Assembly (NCBI GenBank): GCA_964511875.1
Contig: CAZEHS010000004.1
Span: 5,028 to 69,027, forward strand
DNA from: an uncultured Peptostreptococcaceae bacterium
Lineage (GTDB): Bacteria > Bacillota > Clostridia > Peptostreptococcales > Acidaminobacteraceae
Length of the DNA stretch: 64,000 bases
Direction of reading: 5' to 3'
Shown: piece by piece, positions 29,246 through 39,514 of the stretch
Numbering within the stretch: position 1 is the stretch's first letter
How the letters are laid out: the number at the start of each line of letters is the position of its first letter
Translations under genes and position numbers: made by a program
Notes under the pieces: model-generated
Databases searched by the model: none
Told to the model about the DNA's origin: nothing
The model's input: the letters and a program-made list of their open reading frames with translations, nothing else

Positions 29246-30232
29246 TCAATTAATTGTTATTATGACATTTCCCTTCTTATGCCCTTTATCAACGTATCTA
29301 TGAGCATCCACCATTTGCGCCATCGGATAAATCCGGTCAATGACTGGTTTTAAATGTCCATCTTCAACAAGTTTTTTCAGATAATTTATAAATTCAGCAT
29401 TTGGTGAAAAAGTTCCTCCAATCATTTTTTTCTTACTACCCATCAGGCCTAATCTTATTCGGATTTCTGTTGCGGGAGTAGTCATTGCATGAATATATAT
29501 GCCAGTCGATTTAAGCGAGTTAATTGTACCGGTAATTGGACTTTTTCCAACAGTATCAAAAATAACATCATACTTTTCACCATTTCGGGTAAAATCGGTA
29601 CTTTTATAATCGATTACTTCATCTGCCCCTAATGACTTCACCATGTCCAGATTATCTGTACTGCATACTCCTGTAACTTCAGCACCAAAGTATTTGGCAA
29701 TCTGAACAGCACTACTGCCTACACTTCCGGAAGCTCCATATATAAGCACTTTTTGATCTTTCCGTATATCTCCTTTTCTTAAAAAATACAAGGCAGTATT
29801 GCCACCCCATGGAATTGCGGCAGCTTCTTCATATGTCAGATCAATTGGTTTGATACTTAAACACCCATTTTCAGGAATGCAAATATACTCGGCATAAGCA
29901 CCTAAATTGTGTCCGGTAGATCCAAAAACATGATCGCCCTTACTGAAATGCTGCACATCACTTCCTACTGCTTCAATCTCCCCAGCAAAAACACTGCCTA
30001 GTACAGCTTTATTTGGTTTTCTTAAACCAAGTGTTAAGCGGGCGGGAATCCAAAAGGATAATGGTACTCGAAAACCACGAATCCTGGAGTCACCTATTGA
30101 TACTGTTGTTGCATGTATTTTAACTAACACTTCAGTTTTTTTAGGTATTGGTTTTTCGATTTCCGCCATATTAAGAACTTCCGGCGGCCCATATTTAGAG
30201 CATATAATTGCTTTCATTTTTGCTTCTGGCAT
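29246..30232 (-). CDS. NAD(P)-dependent MDR-family alcohol dehydrogenase/quinone oxidoreductase
   Basis: ADH_N/ADH_zinc_N-like protein with GASGSVGSSAVQIAK cofactor motif. AGGAGGA RBS. Confidence 0.8.
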   Translation of the reverse strand: MPEAKMKAIICSKYGPPEVLNMAEIEKPIPKKTEVLVKIHATTVSIGDSRIRGFRVPLSFWIPARLTLGLRKPNKAVLGSVFAGEIEAVGSDVQHFSKGDHVFGSTGHNLGAYAEYICIPENGCLSIKPIDLTYEEAAAIPWGGNTALYFLRKGDIRKDQKVLIYGASGSVGSSAVQIAKYFGAEVTGVCSTDNLDMVKSLGADEVIDYKSTDFTRNGEKYDVIFDTVGKSPITGTINSLKSTGIYIHAMTTPATEIRIRLGLMGSKKKMIGGTFSPNAEFINYLKKLVEDGHLKPVIDRIYPMAQMVDAHRYVDKGHKKGNVIITIN

Positions 30233-30563
30233 GTGATCATCCTCCTATTGGAAACTCAACAAATGGTATAACCCCATAGCTAACATTCTACCCTGCGCGT
30301 CCTTTTTCAGGAGCGACAATCTGTGGTTCAGATAGAAAGCTGAAGTCGGTCTAATAGGTTGCTTTTGAGCACCAAGAAAATTCGATATTATCACAGTTCA
30401 TGTAATTTATACCCAGAAGCCCATCTGACATTCGGCGGTTTCACACCGTGACGTGGAAGCCTAACTTGAAGAATGCTAATGAACGTGCATGGCAAGAGGC
30501 AATAGGTTTTTAGAAAAGGCAAGAAAGCCGGTCATATCCAATAACCAATTGCTAATAACCCAT

Positions 30564-31088
30564 CTAAGTAGGGCTGTTTACCTTCTGCCATAGGCCAATA
30601 GCAAATTCTTCTGCATGCTTGAGGTCCTCGCTGTTCGGCCTTCCCTTGTTCAATCCACCGAAAAACTTGAGAAAGCTATTTGTATCAAATCCCTTGCAGC
30701 TGAATTCATCGACAATTATAAAACCTTTTGAAGCCAGTTTCTCCCTGAGCAATGAGTGATCCTTTTCAACCTTGCCTGCTCCCTGAATGGCACTGGTTGA
30801 AAATATAAAACTCTTCTGGTTGTTTACCGTTGATAGCCTATCCACAAGGTCCAGAATGGGTTTGTAGTGTTTCCCGCTGTCTATTCCTGCACCAAAACCA
30901 ATCAGATCATACTGCTGAAGATCCTCCTGAGTTACCTGGTCCGGCGTTTTGATCTGCGCGTTAAGAACATCCGAAAAAACCTGGGCGATTTTGGCCGTGT
31001 TGTTGTGGTGATAGGAATACAACACTATTAGGCACTTAATGGATAGAGAATCTGTGACCATACTTTCAATACGACTCAATTTTTCCAC
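30564..31088 (-). CDS. Flavodoxin-like protein
   Basis: CLIVLYSYHHNNTAKIA flavodoxin-like N-terminal strand-loop. Start codon uncertain (GTG 31088 or TTG 31079). Confidence 0.55.
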   Translation of the reverse strand: MEKLSRIESMVTDSLSIKCLIVLYSYHHNNTAKIAQVFSDVLNAQIKTPDQVTQEDLQQYDLIGFGAGIDSGKHYKPILDLVDRLSTVNNQKSFIFSTSAIQGAGKVEKDHSLLREKLASKGFIIVDEFSCKGFDTNSFLKFFGGLNKGRPNSEDLKHAEEFAIGLWQKVNSPT

Positions 31089-31100
31089 CTCCGATTATGA

Positions 31101-31847
31101 CTATATCCCAAGTTTTTTCTTTAATCGCTCTGTCCATTCATTATCCATTCTTTCAAGCCTTTTCTTCTTCATATTCTCTTTAATAATCCAACGAATGTCC
31201 TTATCTGTGCATTCTATCCATTTTTCTATGAGTCTCTTTCCTTCATTAGGATTTCCAGCCACTGCAACACTCCAGCAATAAGCCATTCCCTTCTTTAAAG
31301 CGATATAACTCTCTTCTTTTCTATCTTGGATTTCACATATTGATTCCATTATTCGGTCCAGTAGTCTCAAAATTTTTGATACTTGTTTTTCCTCTTTTAG
31401 CAACTTCGGCTCACAAAGCGCAGCTGCAGCAGCCCTCTTTTCATAATTGTTGCCTTGAGCCCATTTTTCCATTTCATTTATCAGTTCTTCAATATAGTTT
31501 TCTCCATAAATCTGCAAAGCCATTGCTACTGCTTCTCGTGTTCTCCATCGAGGGTCTGATGATAACAAACGTAATGTTTCAAGATACTCTTTCTTTCCTT
31601 GTACTATGAGTGCACCTAGCCCCAAAGTCCCACAGAAATGCAGAAATTCTTCTGGAGTATTAACTGGCGCTTTTTCAGGTGTGAAATTAAGTAGTTCTAA
31701 AAAAAGGGCTTCCTTCCCTGAAATAGCAACTGCTTGAGCTAACTCAATATTGCCGCGCGGGCCGGGAAGCCCAGATTCCTCCATCAAGAAGGCTTTCCAG
31801 TTCTTAAGGTTATTCAGTTCATCTATGTATTCTTCTATCTTTTTCAT
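31101..31847 (-). CDS. HEAT-repeat protein (DNA alkylation repair AlkD-like family?)
   Basis: Helical-repeat sequence with DPRWRTREAVAMAL. The ATG at 31847 has a GGAGAG RBS. Confidence 0.35.
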   Translation of the reverse strand: MKKIEEYIDELNNLKNWKAFLMEESGLPGPRGNIELAQAVAISGKEALFLELLNFTPEKAPVNTPEEFLHFCGTLGLGALIVQGKKEYLETLRLLSSDPRWRTREAVAMALQIYGENYIEELINEMEKWAQGNNYEKRAAAAALCEPKLLKEEKQVSKILRLLDRIMESICEIQDRKEESYIALKKGMAYCWSVAVAGNPNEGKRLIEKWIECTDKDIRWIIKENMKKKRLERMDNEWTERLKKKLGI

Positions 31848-32029
31848 ATACTCTCCAACTTCTATTTCTGGCCGATGTCGCATAACGTTCCGCATGCCGA
31901 CGCCTTTGAACCGAACAAGAGAGCCTGACCCAGAAGCGGGGCTTGCCCCCTGTTACGGCTTTTAATATTCTGTTCAGAGAATGCCAAGTCATCACTTAAC
32001 TGATCAGAATGAGGGAAGAACAATACTCT

Positions 32030-32218
32030 TTACAGACACATATCGGTGTTCTTTAGACAGGTGACGATGGAAATCCACTCCATATCATGGTCATCATAGA
32101 TGCGAATGCCTGCCGAGGTACGCATGATTGGCGGCAAAATCTGTTATTTCTCGTAAAAACGGAGTGTGGATGGGGGAAGCCCGGTAAGTTCAGAAACTTT
32201 CTTAATAGAATAATGATA
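32030..32218 (-). pseudogene. MerR-family regulator remnant (no start codon, in-frame stop, truncated)
   Basis: Own translation: YSIKKVSELTGLPPSTLRFYEK*QILPPIMRTSAGIRIYDDHDMEWISIVTCLKNTDMCL*. MerR HTH signature with a TAA (complement of 32144-32146) inside it. Confidence 0.65.
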
Positions 32219-32544
32219 TCATACACATCATAATAATAACGATTGACTTAAACTCAACTTTAAGCTTTATGATGTGATTATACAATGCAATTTTCAAGGG
32301 AGAGATAATAAATGGCTAAGCAATTTGAACAAGATATTATAAACACAGATAGTTGAGAATGTAAAAATCATTTAAAAGATCTGATTTACATTGTAATAAA
32401 CTTAAGCCATCGTCTGGAATGCCTCTTTAAGACTCGGAATCTGTCTATAAGTGATAAAATCGAAATTATTGTATTTGTCAGGTAACTGTGGTAGTATTCC
32501 AATGAAAATGTGTATAATGATATATAACGATTGAGGTGGTGCGT

Positions 32545-33267
32545 ATGCTAAGTCACAATGATATGATGCCCTTGTACCAACAGATAAAGGAACGAATCAA
32601 GGAATCAATCCTCAAAGAGGAGCTGAAGCCGGGCGAGAAGATCCAGACTGAGCTAGAACTGATTTCGAAATATGGCGTCAGCCGGATCACTGTCAGGAAT
32701 GCTATTTCGGATCTAGTCGAAGAAGGTTATCTGATCAAGAAGCAGGGCAAAGGCACATTTGTAAACAAGCGGAAAATGGAAAGAGAGATCATCACTTTTC
32801 TCAGCTTCACAATGGCTTGTAAGGCCAAAGGCGTAAAACCCAGCAGCAAATTGATCAAAAGAGATATCATCGAACCAACCAGCGAGGATTTGGAGGAATT
32901 GGAGCTCGTCGATGAAGATAAGGTCATTCATATCCAAAGAATCCGCTATGCGGACGATGAGCCCATCATGATTGAGAACAACTACTTTTCGTATGAAAAG
33001 TATAAATTTCTGATGGAGGAAAATCTGGAATCCTCACTTTATGAGATTCTCTCAAAGAAATACGACATCAACCCTTGCAAATCAAGAAGCACCATTGAAA
33101 TTGCCAAGGCCGGGGATGAAGAAGTGGCCCATCTGAAAATCACCAAAGGCTCTCCGCTTTTCAACATTACTGCAACGGCCTATGACGTTGACAACCATCC
33201 TGTCCATCGGTCAGAGCAGATTATCGTGGGGGAGAAGTTCAAACTCTCCTATACCAATGGATTTTAA
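32545..33267 (+). CDS. frlR: GntR/HutC-family transcriptional regulator (UTRA domain), FrlR-like
   Basis: PLYQQIKERIKESILKEELKPGEKIQTELELISKYGVSRITVRNAISDLVEEGYL winged HTH. Adjacent to frl-type genes. Confidence 0.8.
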   Translation: MLSHNDMMPLYQQIKERIKESILKEELKPGEKIQTELELISKYGVSRITVRNAISDLVEEGYLIKKQGKGTFVNKRKMEREIITFLSFTMACKAKGVKPSSKLIKRDIIEPTSEDLEELELVDEDKVIHIQRIRYADDEPIMIENNYFSYEKYKFLMEENLESSLYEILSKKYDINPCKSRSTIEIAKAGDEEVAHLKITKGSPLFNITATAYDVDNHPVHRSEQIIVGEKFKLSYTNGF

Positions 33268-33293
33268 ACAAGCTTTACCTGATTTCAGCATCA

Positions 33294-33337
33294 AGCCCTA
33301 TGCGCGGAGAATATGACTCCCTGCATGGGGCTTTTTA
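33294..33337 (+). terminator. Intrinsic terminator after frlR
   Basis: AGCCCTATGC-N19-GCATGGGGCT followed by TTTT. Confidence 0.55.
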
Positions 33338-33401
33338 GCAACCCGAGATATTTGAAATCGAGAAAATCATCGGATCGGACTATTATTTTTAGATTTGTAT
33401 A

Positions 33402-33452
33402 TTTACATTTATACAGGACCATGCTACTATGATGTCATATAACGTTATATGA
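33402..33452 (+). promoter_or_regulatory. Putative frl operon promoter plus perfect 18-nt palindromic operator
   Basis: TTTACA-N17-TACTAT (33402-33430), then TCATATAACGTTATATGA (33435-33452). A related half-site GATATATAACG lies upstream of frlR at about 32510-32530. Confidence 0.5.
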
Positions 33453-33495
33453 TGTATTTAGGGCATTGAAAATCATGTATCCAAGGAGAACTTAA

Positions 33496-34470
33496 ATGAC
33501 TGAGAAGGAAATTGTAAAGAGTATCGTATCACGCACGGAGAACAAAGGAGGCGTCAAACAGGTCTATCTGATTGCCTGTGGAGGTTCCTTTGCGAGCTAT
33601 TATCCTGCAAAGTACTTCCTACAAAGCGAAGCCACGGCGCTAAAAGTGGAACATTACAGCAGCAATGAATTCGTGCATGCGGCCCCGAAAGCACTCGGAG
33701 AGAATTCTATAGTAATCCTTACATCCCATGCTGGAAATACACCGGAGACGGTTGCAGCAGCAGAGATGGCTCAAGGAAAAGGCGCTGCAACTATTTGTCT
33801 GACTTTCACAGAAGATTCCCCACTGACTAAGTTTGGAGACTATAATATTACTTATGAGTTTGGGAACAACTCGGATGTTATGAACCAGAAGACAGCGATT
33901 CCATTAGCCTTGGCAGTTGAAATCCTGAACCAGGTAGAAGGATATGCCCATTACGAGAAGGCACTGGATGGCTTTGGTAAAATCCAGAATATCACGAAAA
34001 ATGCAAAATCCTTGATTGAAGACAGAGCTGTGAAATTCGGAAAAGCATTTAAAGATGAAAAACTGATTTACGTTATGGGCAGCGGCGCCAGCTATGGCGA
34101 GGTTTATGCATTCTCGATCTGTATCCTATTGGAAATGCAGTGGGTCAATTCCGCAGCGATCCACTCGGGGGAATATTTCCATGGCCCCTTCGAAATCACT
34201 GACAGAGAGACTCCCTTCCTGATGCTGATGAGCGAGGGCAGGACACGGCCTCTGGATGAAAGAGCGCTGAGCTTTCTTTCTAAATATGGCGAAAAAATGG
34301 AATTACTGGATGCAAAGGAGTATGGTCTGGATCAGATTGATGCAGCCGTTGTCGACTTCTTTAATCCGCTTGTTTTCGTGAATGTCATGCGTGTGTATGC
34401 CGAACAGCTTGCTGAAGCCCGGAACCATCCGCTTTCAGAGCGACGGTATATGTGGAAGTTCGAATATTAA
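33496..34470 (+). CDS. frlB: SIS-domain fructosamine-6-phosphate deglycase (FrlB-like)
   Basis: IACGGS, SHAGNTPETV, EMQWVNSAAIHSGEYFHGPFEI and C-terminal HPLSERRYMWKFEY match FrlB-type deglycases as I recall them. Confidence 0.75.
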   Translation: MTEKEIVKSIVSRTENKGGVKQVYLIACGGSFASYYPAKYFLQSEATALKVEHYSSNEFVHAAPKALGENSIVILTSHAGNTPETVAAAEMAQGKGAATICLTFTEDSPLTKFGDYNITYEFGNNSDVMNQKTAIPLALAVEILNQVEGYAHYEKALDGFGKIQNITKNAKSLIEDRAVKFGKAFKDEKLIYVMGSGASYGEVYAFSICILLEMQWVNSAAIHSGEYFHGPFEITDRETPFLMLMSEGRTRPLDERALSFLSKYGEKMELLDAKEYGLDQIDAAVVDFFNPLVFVNVMRVYAEQLAEARNHPLSERRYMWKFEY

Positions 34471-34512
34471 GAGGTCGACCGGATTAGGTGGATCTGAATA
34501 TCAGGTGGGATT

Positions 34513-35355
34513 ATGATCAGAGCAATCGGAATAGGCGACAACGTCGTGGACAAGTACATCCATACCCGTATCATGTATCCAGGCGGGAATGCACTCAATT
34601 TCAGCGTGTATGCCAATATGCTGGGGTATCAAACGGCCTATCTAGGCACTCTCGGAAGTGACACAGCAGCAGCACACATTGAAAAAGTATTGACGGAACT
34701 TAATGTGGATATCTCACGCTGTAGGCATGTGGAAGGCGAGAACGGGTTTGCAAGAGTTAGCCTTGTAGATGGGGACCGGGTATTCCTCAAAGGTAATCAA
34801 GGCGGGGTCCAAAAAGAGCATCCGATTGTCCTCAGCGAAGACGACATGACGTATATCAAGAGTTTCGATATTGTACACACCAGCTGTTACAGCTATAACA
34901 TGGAAAACGAAATTGTTAGGTTTAAAGAGGCTGGGATATCAGTTTCATATGATTTTTCCAATCATTTTAATGAAACGTTGATGGAGAAAGTATGCCCACA
35001 TGTGGATTTCAGTTGTTTCTCCTGTAGTCACCTGAATGATCAGGAAATCAGAGAATTGCTGCTTCATGCCCATTTGCTTGGTGGCGGTATTGCTTTAGGA
35101 ACTGCAGGTTCCAGAGGTGCCATTCTATACGACGGCGCAGACTACTATCATCAAAGTCCTGACACAGTTCAGGCAATCGATACATTGGGCGCAGGGGATT
35201 CCTTCATAACGGCATTTGTTTTGAACTATATCGTCCAGTCCAGAAAGAGTGAAGGAAAAGCAGAGGTCATCGTGGAAAGCCTGAAAAGGGGCGCTGCTTT
35301 TGCGGCCCAGAATTGCATGGTATGTGGTGCGTTTGGATACGGACTAAACTATTAG
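34513..35355 (+). CDS. frlD: PfkB-family fructosamine kinase (FrlD-like)
   Basis: IGIGDNVVDKY...YPGGNALN...DRVF...DIVHTS...DTLGAGDSFITAF. Confidence 0.75.
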   Translation: MIRAIGIGDNVVDKYIHTRIMYPGGNALNFSVYANMLGYQTAYLGTLGSDTAAAHIEKVLTELNVDISRCRHVEGENGFARVSLVDGDRVFLKGNQGGVQKEHPIVLSEDDMTYIKSFDIVHTSCYSYNMENEIVRFKEAGISVSYDFSNHFNETLMEKVCPHVDFSCFSCSHLNDQEIRELLLHAHLLGGGIALGTAGSRGAILYDGADYYHQSPDTVQAIDTLGAGDSFITAFVLNYIVQSRKSEGKAEVIVESLKRGAAFAAQNCMVCGAFGYGLNY

Positions 35356-35368
35356 AAGGGGTGGACAC

Positions 35369-36670
35369 ATGAAAAATCGAAATGGATTGATGATTCTTCT
35401 AGCAGTATGTGTTACTTTCGTAATGTTATTCTCGGGATGCTCCGCAAAAGCAGCGGAACCTGCTGTAAAGGACGATGGTCAGGTTACAATAAAATTTCTG
35501 CATCGCTGGCCGATGGAGCCAAATAAAAGCTTCCTCGATAAAGTAGTAGCGGATTTTGAGACTGCGAATCCAAATATCAAGATAGACATGCAGTCAATTG
35601 CGAATGATCCATACAAAGAAAAAATCAAAATCATCTTAGGTACAGAAGAAGCACCCGACGTTTTCTTCACATGGAGTGGGGAGTTCATGTATCGATTCGT
35701 ACGAGAGAACAAAATCTTCGATCTTACCCAAGCGCTCAACACAGATGGGTGGAAAGATTCTTTGATGGAAGCTCAGGTGAAACCCTTCACACTGGATGAT
35801 AAGACCTATGGGATTCCCTATCGAGTTGAGGGAAAGGTGTTCTTCTATAACACGAAAATCTTCAATGATAATGGACTTCAGGTGCCCAAAACCTGGGATG
35901 AGTTCCTGACAGTCTGCAAAACGCTGAAGAGCAAAGGCATTACTCCCATTGCATATGGAAATCAGGCCCCATGGGCAAGTGCACACTATATTGGCACATT
36001 GAACCAAAAGGTAGTGGCAGAAGACGTGCGGATTAAGGACTACAATGCGAAGACCGGGGAATTCACCGATCCTGGATACTTGGAAGCGCTCAAGAAATAT
36101 CAGGAACTGATTCCTTATTTCAACGCGAATTCGAATGCACTTTCACACCAACAGGCAAGACAGACCTGGATCAATGGCGATGCGGCCATGATGTATCTGG
36201 AAACCGCAGAAATTGGCGAAGTTCAAGATATCCAAGCGGCAGATTTTCAGTGGGACATGTTTAAATTTCCAGATATTACAGATGGCAAAGGGGATCAGAA
36301 CAAGTTGACAGGTGCACCCGAAGGCTTCGTGATCTCTGCGAACACGAAGCATCCGGAGGAAGCCATCGCATTTCTGAAGTATCTCACAGGTGAAGAAGTG
36401 GGATTGCAGGAGGTCAAGGCTACTGGAATCATAAACGGTATTAAAGGCCTATACAACACATCAAATGCGGATGAAAAGGTCGTTAAGGCCTCGGATCTCA
36501 TTAATGAAGCTTCTGATATCGTGTACTGGTTGGATACTGACATAGATGCCAAACTCGTGAACGTTTACCTGGCAGAAACACAAAGTCTTACCAATAACGA
36601 AACGACTCCGGAAGCGATGATGGAGGCCATCAAAAAGACTGCCCAGGAAGTCAGGAATACAGCGCAATAA
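35369..36670 (+). CDS. frlO: ABC substrate-binding lipoprotein (CUT1 family, FrlO-like)
   Basis: Lipobox MLFSGCS. SBP_bac_1-like, 433 aa. Confidence 0.7.
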   Translation: MKNRNGLMILLAVCVTFVMLFSGCSAKAAEPAVKDDGQVTIKFLHRWPMEPNKSFLDKVVADFETANPNIKIDMQSIANDPYKEKIKIILGTEEAPDVFFTWSGEFMYRFVRENKIFDLTQALNTDGWKDSLMEAQVKPFTLDDKTYGIPYRVEGKVFFYNTKIFNDNGLQVPKTWDEFLTVCKTLKSKGITPIAYGNQAPWASAHYIGTLNQKVVAEDVRIKDYNAKTGEFTDPGYLEALKKYQELIPYFNANSNALSHQQARQTWINGDAAMMYLETAEIGEVQDIQAADFQWDMFKFPDITDGKGDQNKLTGAPEGFVISANTKHPEEAIAFLKYLTGEEVGLQEVKATGIINGIKGLYNTSNADEKVVKASDLINEASDIVYWLDTDIDAKLVNVYLAETQSLTNNETTPEAMMEAIKKTAQEVRNTAQ

Positions 36671-36740
36671 CAGAAGGTCCCGTGAGGCAGCGGTTTTCCA
36701 GCCGCTGCCTCAAATTTAAAAACAGGAAGATGGGAGTAAG

Positions 36741-37616
36741 ATGAGAGAGAACAAGATAGCACCCTATGCGTACATTTTCCCTGCATTGCTATTGATCATC
36801 GTATTTGTATATATCCCAATCGTACAGAATTTCTATTTCAGTTTTTTCGAAATGAGTTCGTATTCAACGACTAGTACCTTTGTTGGATTTGAGAACTACA
36901 TCAAAATCTTCAGTGACGATATTTTCTATACAGCCCTTAGGAACAACATTCTTTATGCCGTTATCTCCCTGGTTTTCCAGGTGGGACTGGGACTGTTCCT
37001 GGCGATTCTTTTAGAAAGCAAGTATGTATCCCCGAAGTTGCAGGCATTTTTCAGAAGCATTTACTTTGTGCCATCAGTGATCTCCATTACCGTTGTCGCA
37101 CTGCTGTTTCAATTCATCTATAATCCGGAAATGGGCATCTTGAATGGCATTCTCAATGCCATCGGTCTTGGAAGCTTGACACATGCTTGGCTTGGCGAAT
37201 CAAAGACTGCAATATTCAGCATCATCGCAATGAGTCAGTGGCAATATGTCGGATATATCATGATGCTGTTCATCGTAGCGATTCAGAAGATCCCAGAGGA
37301 ACTATACGAGGCAGCAGAGATAGATGGTGCTACTGGGCTTCAGAAAGCACTGCTGATTACAGTACCATTGGTTCGCGACATGTCGCTGGTGACATCGGTC
37401 ATTACGATCATTGGGGCGTTCAAAGTATTTGCAGAGGTGTATGTCATGACGTCTGGAGGGCCAGGCACTTCATCCCATGTCTTAGGCACCTATCTGTACA
37501 GATCAGCCTTCATCAACGATGAGATGGGCTATGCCTCGGCAATCGGAGTGATCATTTTCATAATCACGATTTCGCTTTCGATTCTACAGACCAGACTATC
37601 AAGAGGTAGTGAGTAA
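36741..37616 (+). CDS. frlN: CUT1 ABC permease (MalF-type, FrlN-like)
   Basis: Six-TM permease with EAAEIDGATGLQKALLITVPL EAA loop. Confidence 0.8.
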   Translation: MRENKIAPYAYIFPALLLIIVFVYIPIVQNFYFSFFEMSSYSTTSTFVGFENYIKIFSDDIFYTALRNNILYAVISLVFQVGLGLFLAILLESKYVSPKLQAFFRSIYFVPSVISITVVALLFQFIYNPEMGILNGILNAIGLGSLTHAWLGESKTAIFSIIAMSQWQYVGYIMMLFIVAIQKIPEELYEAAEIDGATGLQKALLITVPLVRDMSLVTSVITIIGAFKVFAEVYVMTSGGPGTSSHVLGTYLYRSAFINDEMGYASAIGVIIFIITISLSILQTRLSRGSE

Positions 37617-37634
37617 AGGAGTGGCAACCGGCTG

Positions 37635-38468
37635 ATGAAAGACTCAAAAAAACTCTCGGTATCAAAGATTACCATCAACACCCTGTTGGTTTTTCTTACG
37701 GCAGTCGTGGTCTATCCACTCTATTGGACGGTCATAAATTCCTTGAAAACTACTGGGGAGCTGTTCACGAATTCCTTCAATTTTCCGCACACACTGCACT
37801 TCGAGAATTACAAAGCCGCATGGGACTTGGGATTATCCCAGTATTTCCTGAATAGTATCTATGTTAGCGTCGTATCGATCTTTCTGACCGTTTTCCTTGG
37901 GGCATTATGTGCATATGGGCTGACTCGCTTCAATATCAAGGGACAGAATGCTTTGTTCATTGTAATCCTGGGTGGACTGATGCTGTCGCCGGAAGTGGCC
38001 TTAGTGTCGCTCTATAAGATTCTGCAGGCACTGCATATCTATAACACGCGACTTGCCATGATCATTCCGTATATTGCTTTCAAGCTGCCTTTTGCAGTTT
38101 TCCTGATCCGGTCCTATTTTCTGACCTTCCCAAGAGAGATTGAGGAAGCCGCAATCATAGACGGCTGCAACAGTTTTCAGATTTTCTACAAGATCATCGT
38201 GCCGATCAGTCTGCCGATTTTTGCTGCAACGGCCATCATGGATGCTATCTTTGTCTGGAACGAGTTCCTATTTGCCTTGGTATTCGTGGAAAACAAAGAC
38301 ATTGTAACAATCCCTGTCGGGCTCATGGCATTCAGGGATGCGCTCAATACGGACTGGACAGTCCTGTTGGCAGGCATCATCATCTCTTCTCTGCCAATGG
38401 TGATTTTGTTCCTGTTCATGCAGAAATATTTTGTGAAAGGGCTGGCATCAGGATCAGTCAAAGGGTAA
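37635..38468 (+). CDS. frlM: CUT1 ABC permease (MalG-type, FrlM-like)
   Basis: EEAAIIDGCNSFQIFYKIIVP EAA loop. Confidence 0.8.
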   Translation: MKDSKKLSVSKITINTLLVFLTAVVVYPLYWTVINSLKTTGELFTNSFNFPHTLHFENYKAAWDLGLSQYFLNSIYVSVVSIFLTVFLGALCAYGLTRFNIKGQNALFIVILGGLMLSPEVALVSLYKILQALHIYNTRLAMIIPYIAFKLPFAVFLIRSYFLTFPREIEEAAIIDGCNSFQIFYKIIVPISLPIFAATAIMDAIFVWNEFLFALVFVENKDIVTIPVGLMAFRDALNTDWTVLLAGIIISSLPMVILFLFMQKYFVKGLASGSVKG

Positions 38469-38495
38469 TTCTAATCATGCTGAGGAGATAGGATC

Positions 38496-39488
38496 ATGTT
38501 GAATTTTAACGAAGAAAAATTTCTAATGGAAGAAAACGGCGCCCTCTCATTGCGACGTGACATTGAGATAATTGTTGACGGAATCTGTAGGAGGGGCTAC
38601 AAAAATCTATTTTTAATGGGCATCGGGGGCACTATCGCATTTGCGGACCAAATGGCGAGCATTCTGAAGTCCAGGTCGACAATCGATGTCTATGTTGAAA
38701 ATGCTGCAGAATTCACGACTCTTGGAAACCGTCATTTTTCAAAGGATTCGGTCGTGATTGTGGATTCTGTTTCTGGAGACACGCAGGAGATTCTTGAAGC
38801 ACTGAAACTGGCTAAAGCAGTAGGGGCAACAGTCATCGGTTTTATTGAAAAGGAAGACTCACCTCTGGCAAAATTGACAGACCATCTGATATCCTATGAA
38901 GGCGGCGTGCTATATAAATTCTATGCGACGATTCTGCGGTTCATGTATAACGCAGGGGAGTTCACAGAGTACGACCGCTTTTTCGAAGAACTGAAAAACA
39001 TGCCACTGGCACTGCTGGAAGTGAAAAGGGATGCGGAACCAGATGCGGAACGGTTTGCCGATGCGTACAAGGACGAAGCCATGCAGTATCTGGTCGGTTC
39101 CGGCAATTTGTGGGGCGCGACGTATTCCTATGCCATGTGTGTGATGGAAGAGATGCAGTGGATGCGCACGAAATCGATTCATGCTGCGGAATTCTTCCAT
39201 GGCACTCTGGAGGTCGTCGACCGTAATACCAGTGTCATCCTGTTCAAAGGGGAGGATGACACACGTCCGCTGATGGATCGTGTCGAAAAGTTTGTGAACC
39301 GGATTTCCGGGAAAGTCACGGTTTTTGATACGAAATCATACCCGCTGAACGGAATCAGCGAATGCTTCAGAGGACTGGCTTCGCCGTTTGTCATGAGAGC
39401 CATCACTGAAAGAATCAGTAAGCACCTTGAAGAGAAACGGAAACATCCACTGGAGATCCGTCGATATTACCGTCAGCTCAACTATTGA
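38496..39488 (+). CDS. Second, divergent SIS-domain deglycase paralogue
   Basis: MGIGGT, EEMQWMRTKSIHAAEFFHGTLEV, C-terminal HPLEIRRYYRQLNY. Same architecture as frlB but clearly diverged. Confidence 0.7.
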   Translation: MLNFNEEKFLMEENGALSLRRDIEIIVDGICRRGYKNLFLMGIGGTIAFADQMASILKSRSTIDVYVENAAEFTTLGNRHFSKDSVVIVDSVSGDTQEILEALKLAKAVGATVIGFIEKEDSPLAKLTDHLISYEGGVLYKFYATILRFMYNAGEFTEYDRFFEELKNMPLALLEVKRDAEPDAERFADAYKDEAMQYLVGSGNLWGATYSYAMCVMEEMQWMRTKSIHAAEFFHGTLEVVDRNTSVILFKGEDDTRPLMDRVEKFVNRISGKVTVFDTKSYPLNGISECFRGLASPFVMRAITERISKHLEEKRKHPLEIRRYYRQLNY

Positions 39489-39514
39489 CGTACTGAGACC
39501 AGAGGATGTGTGAA

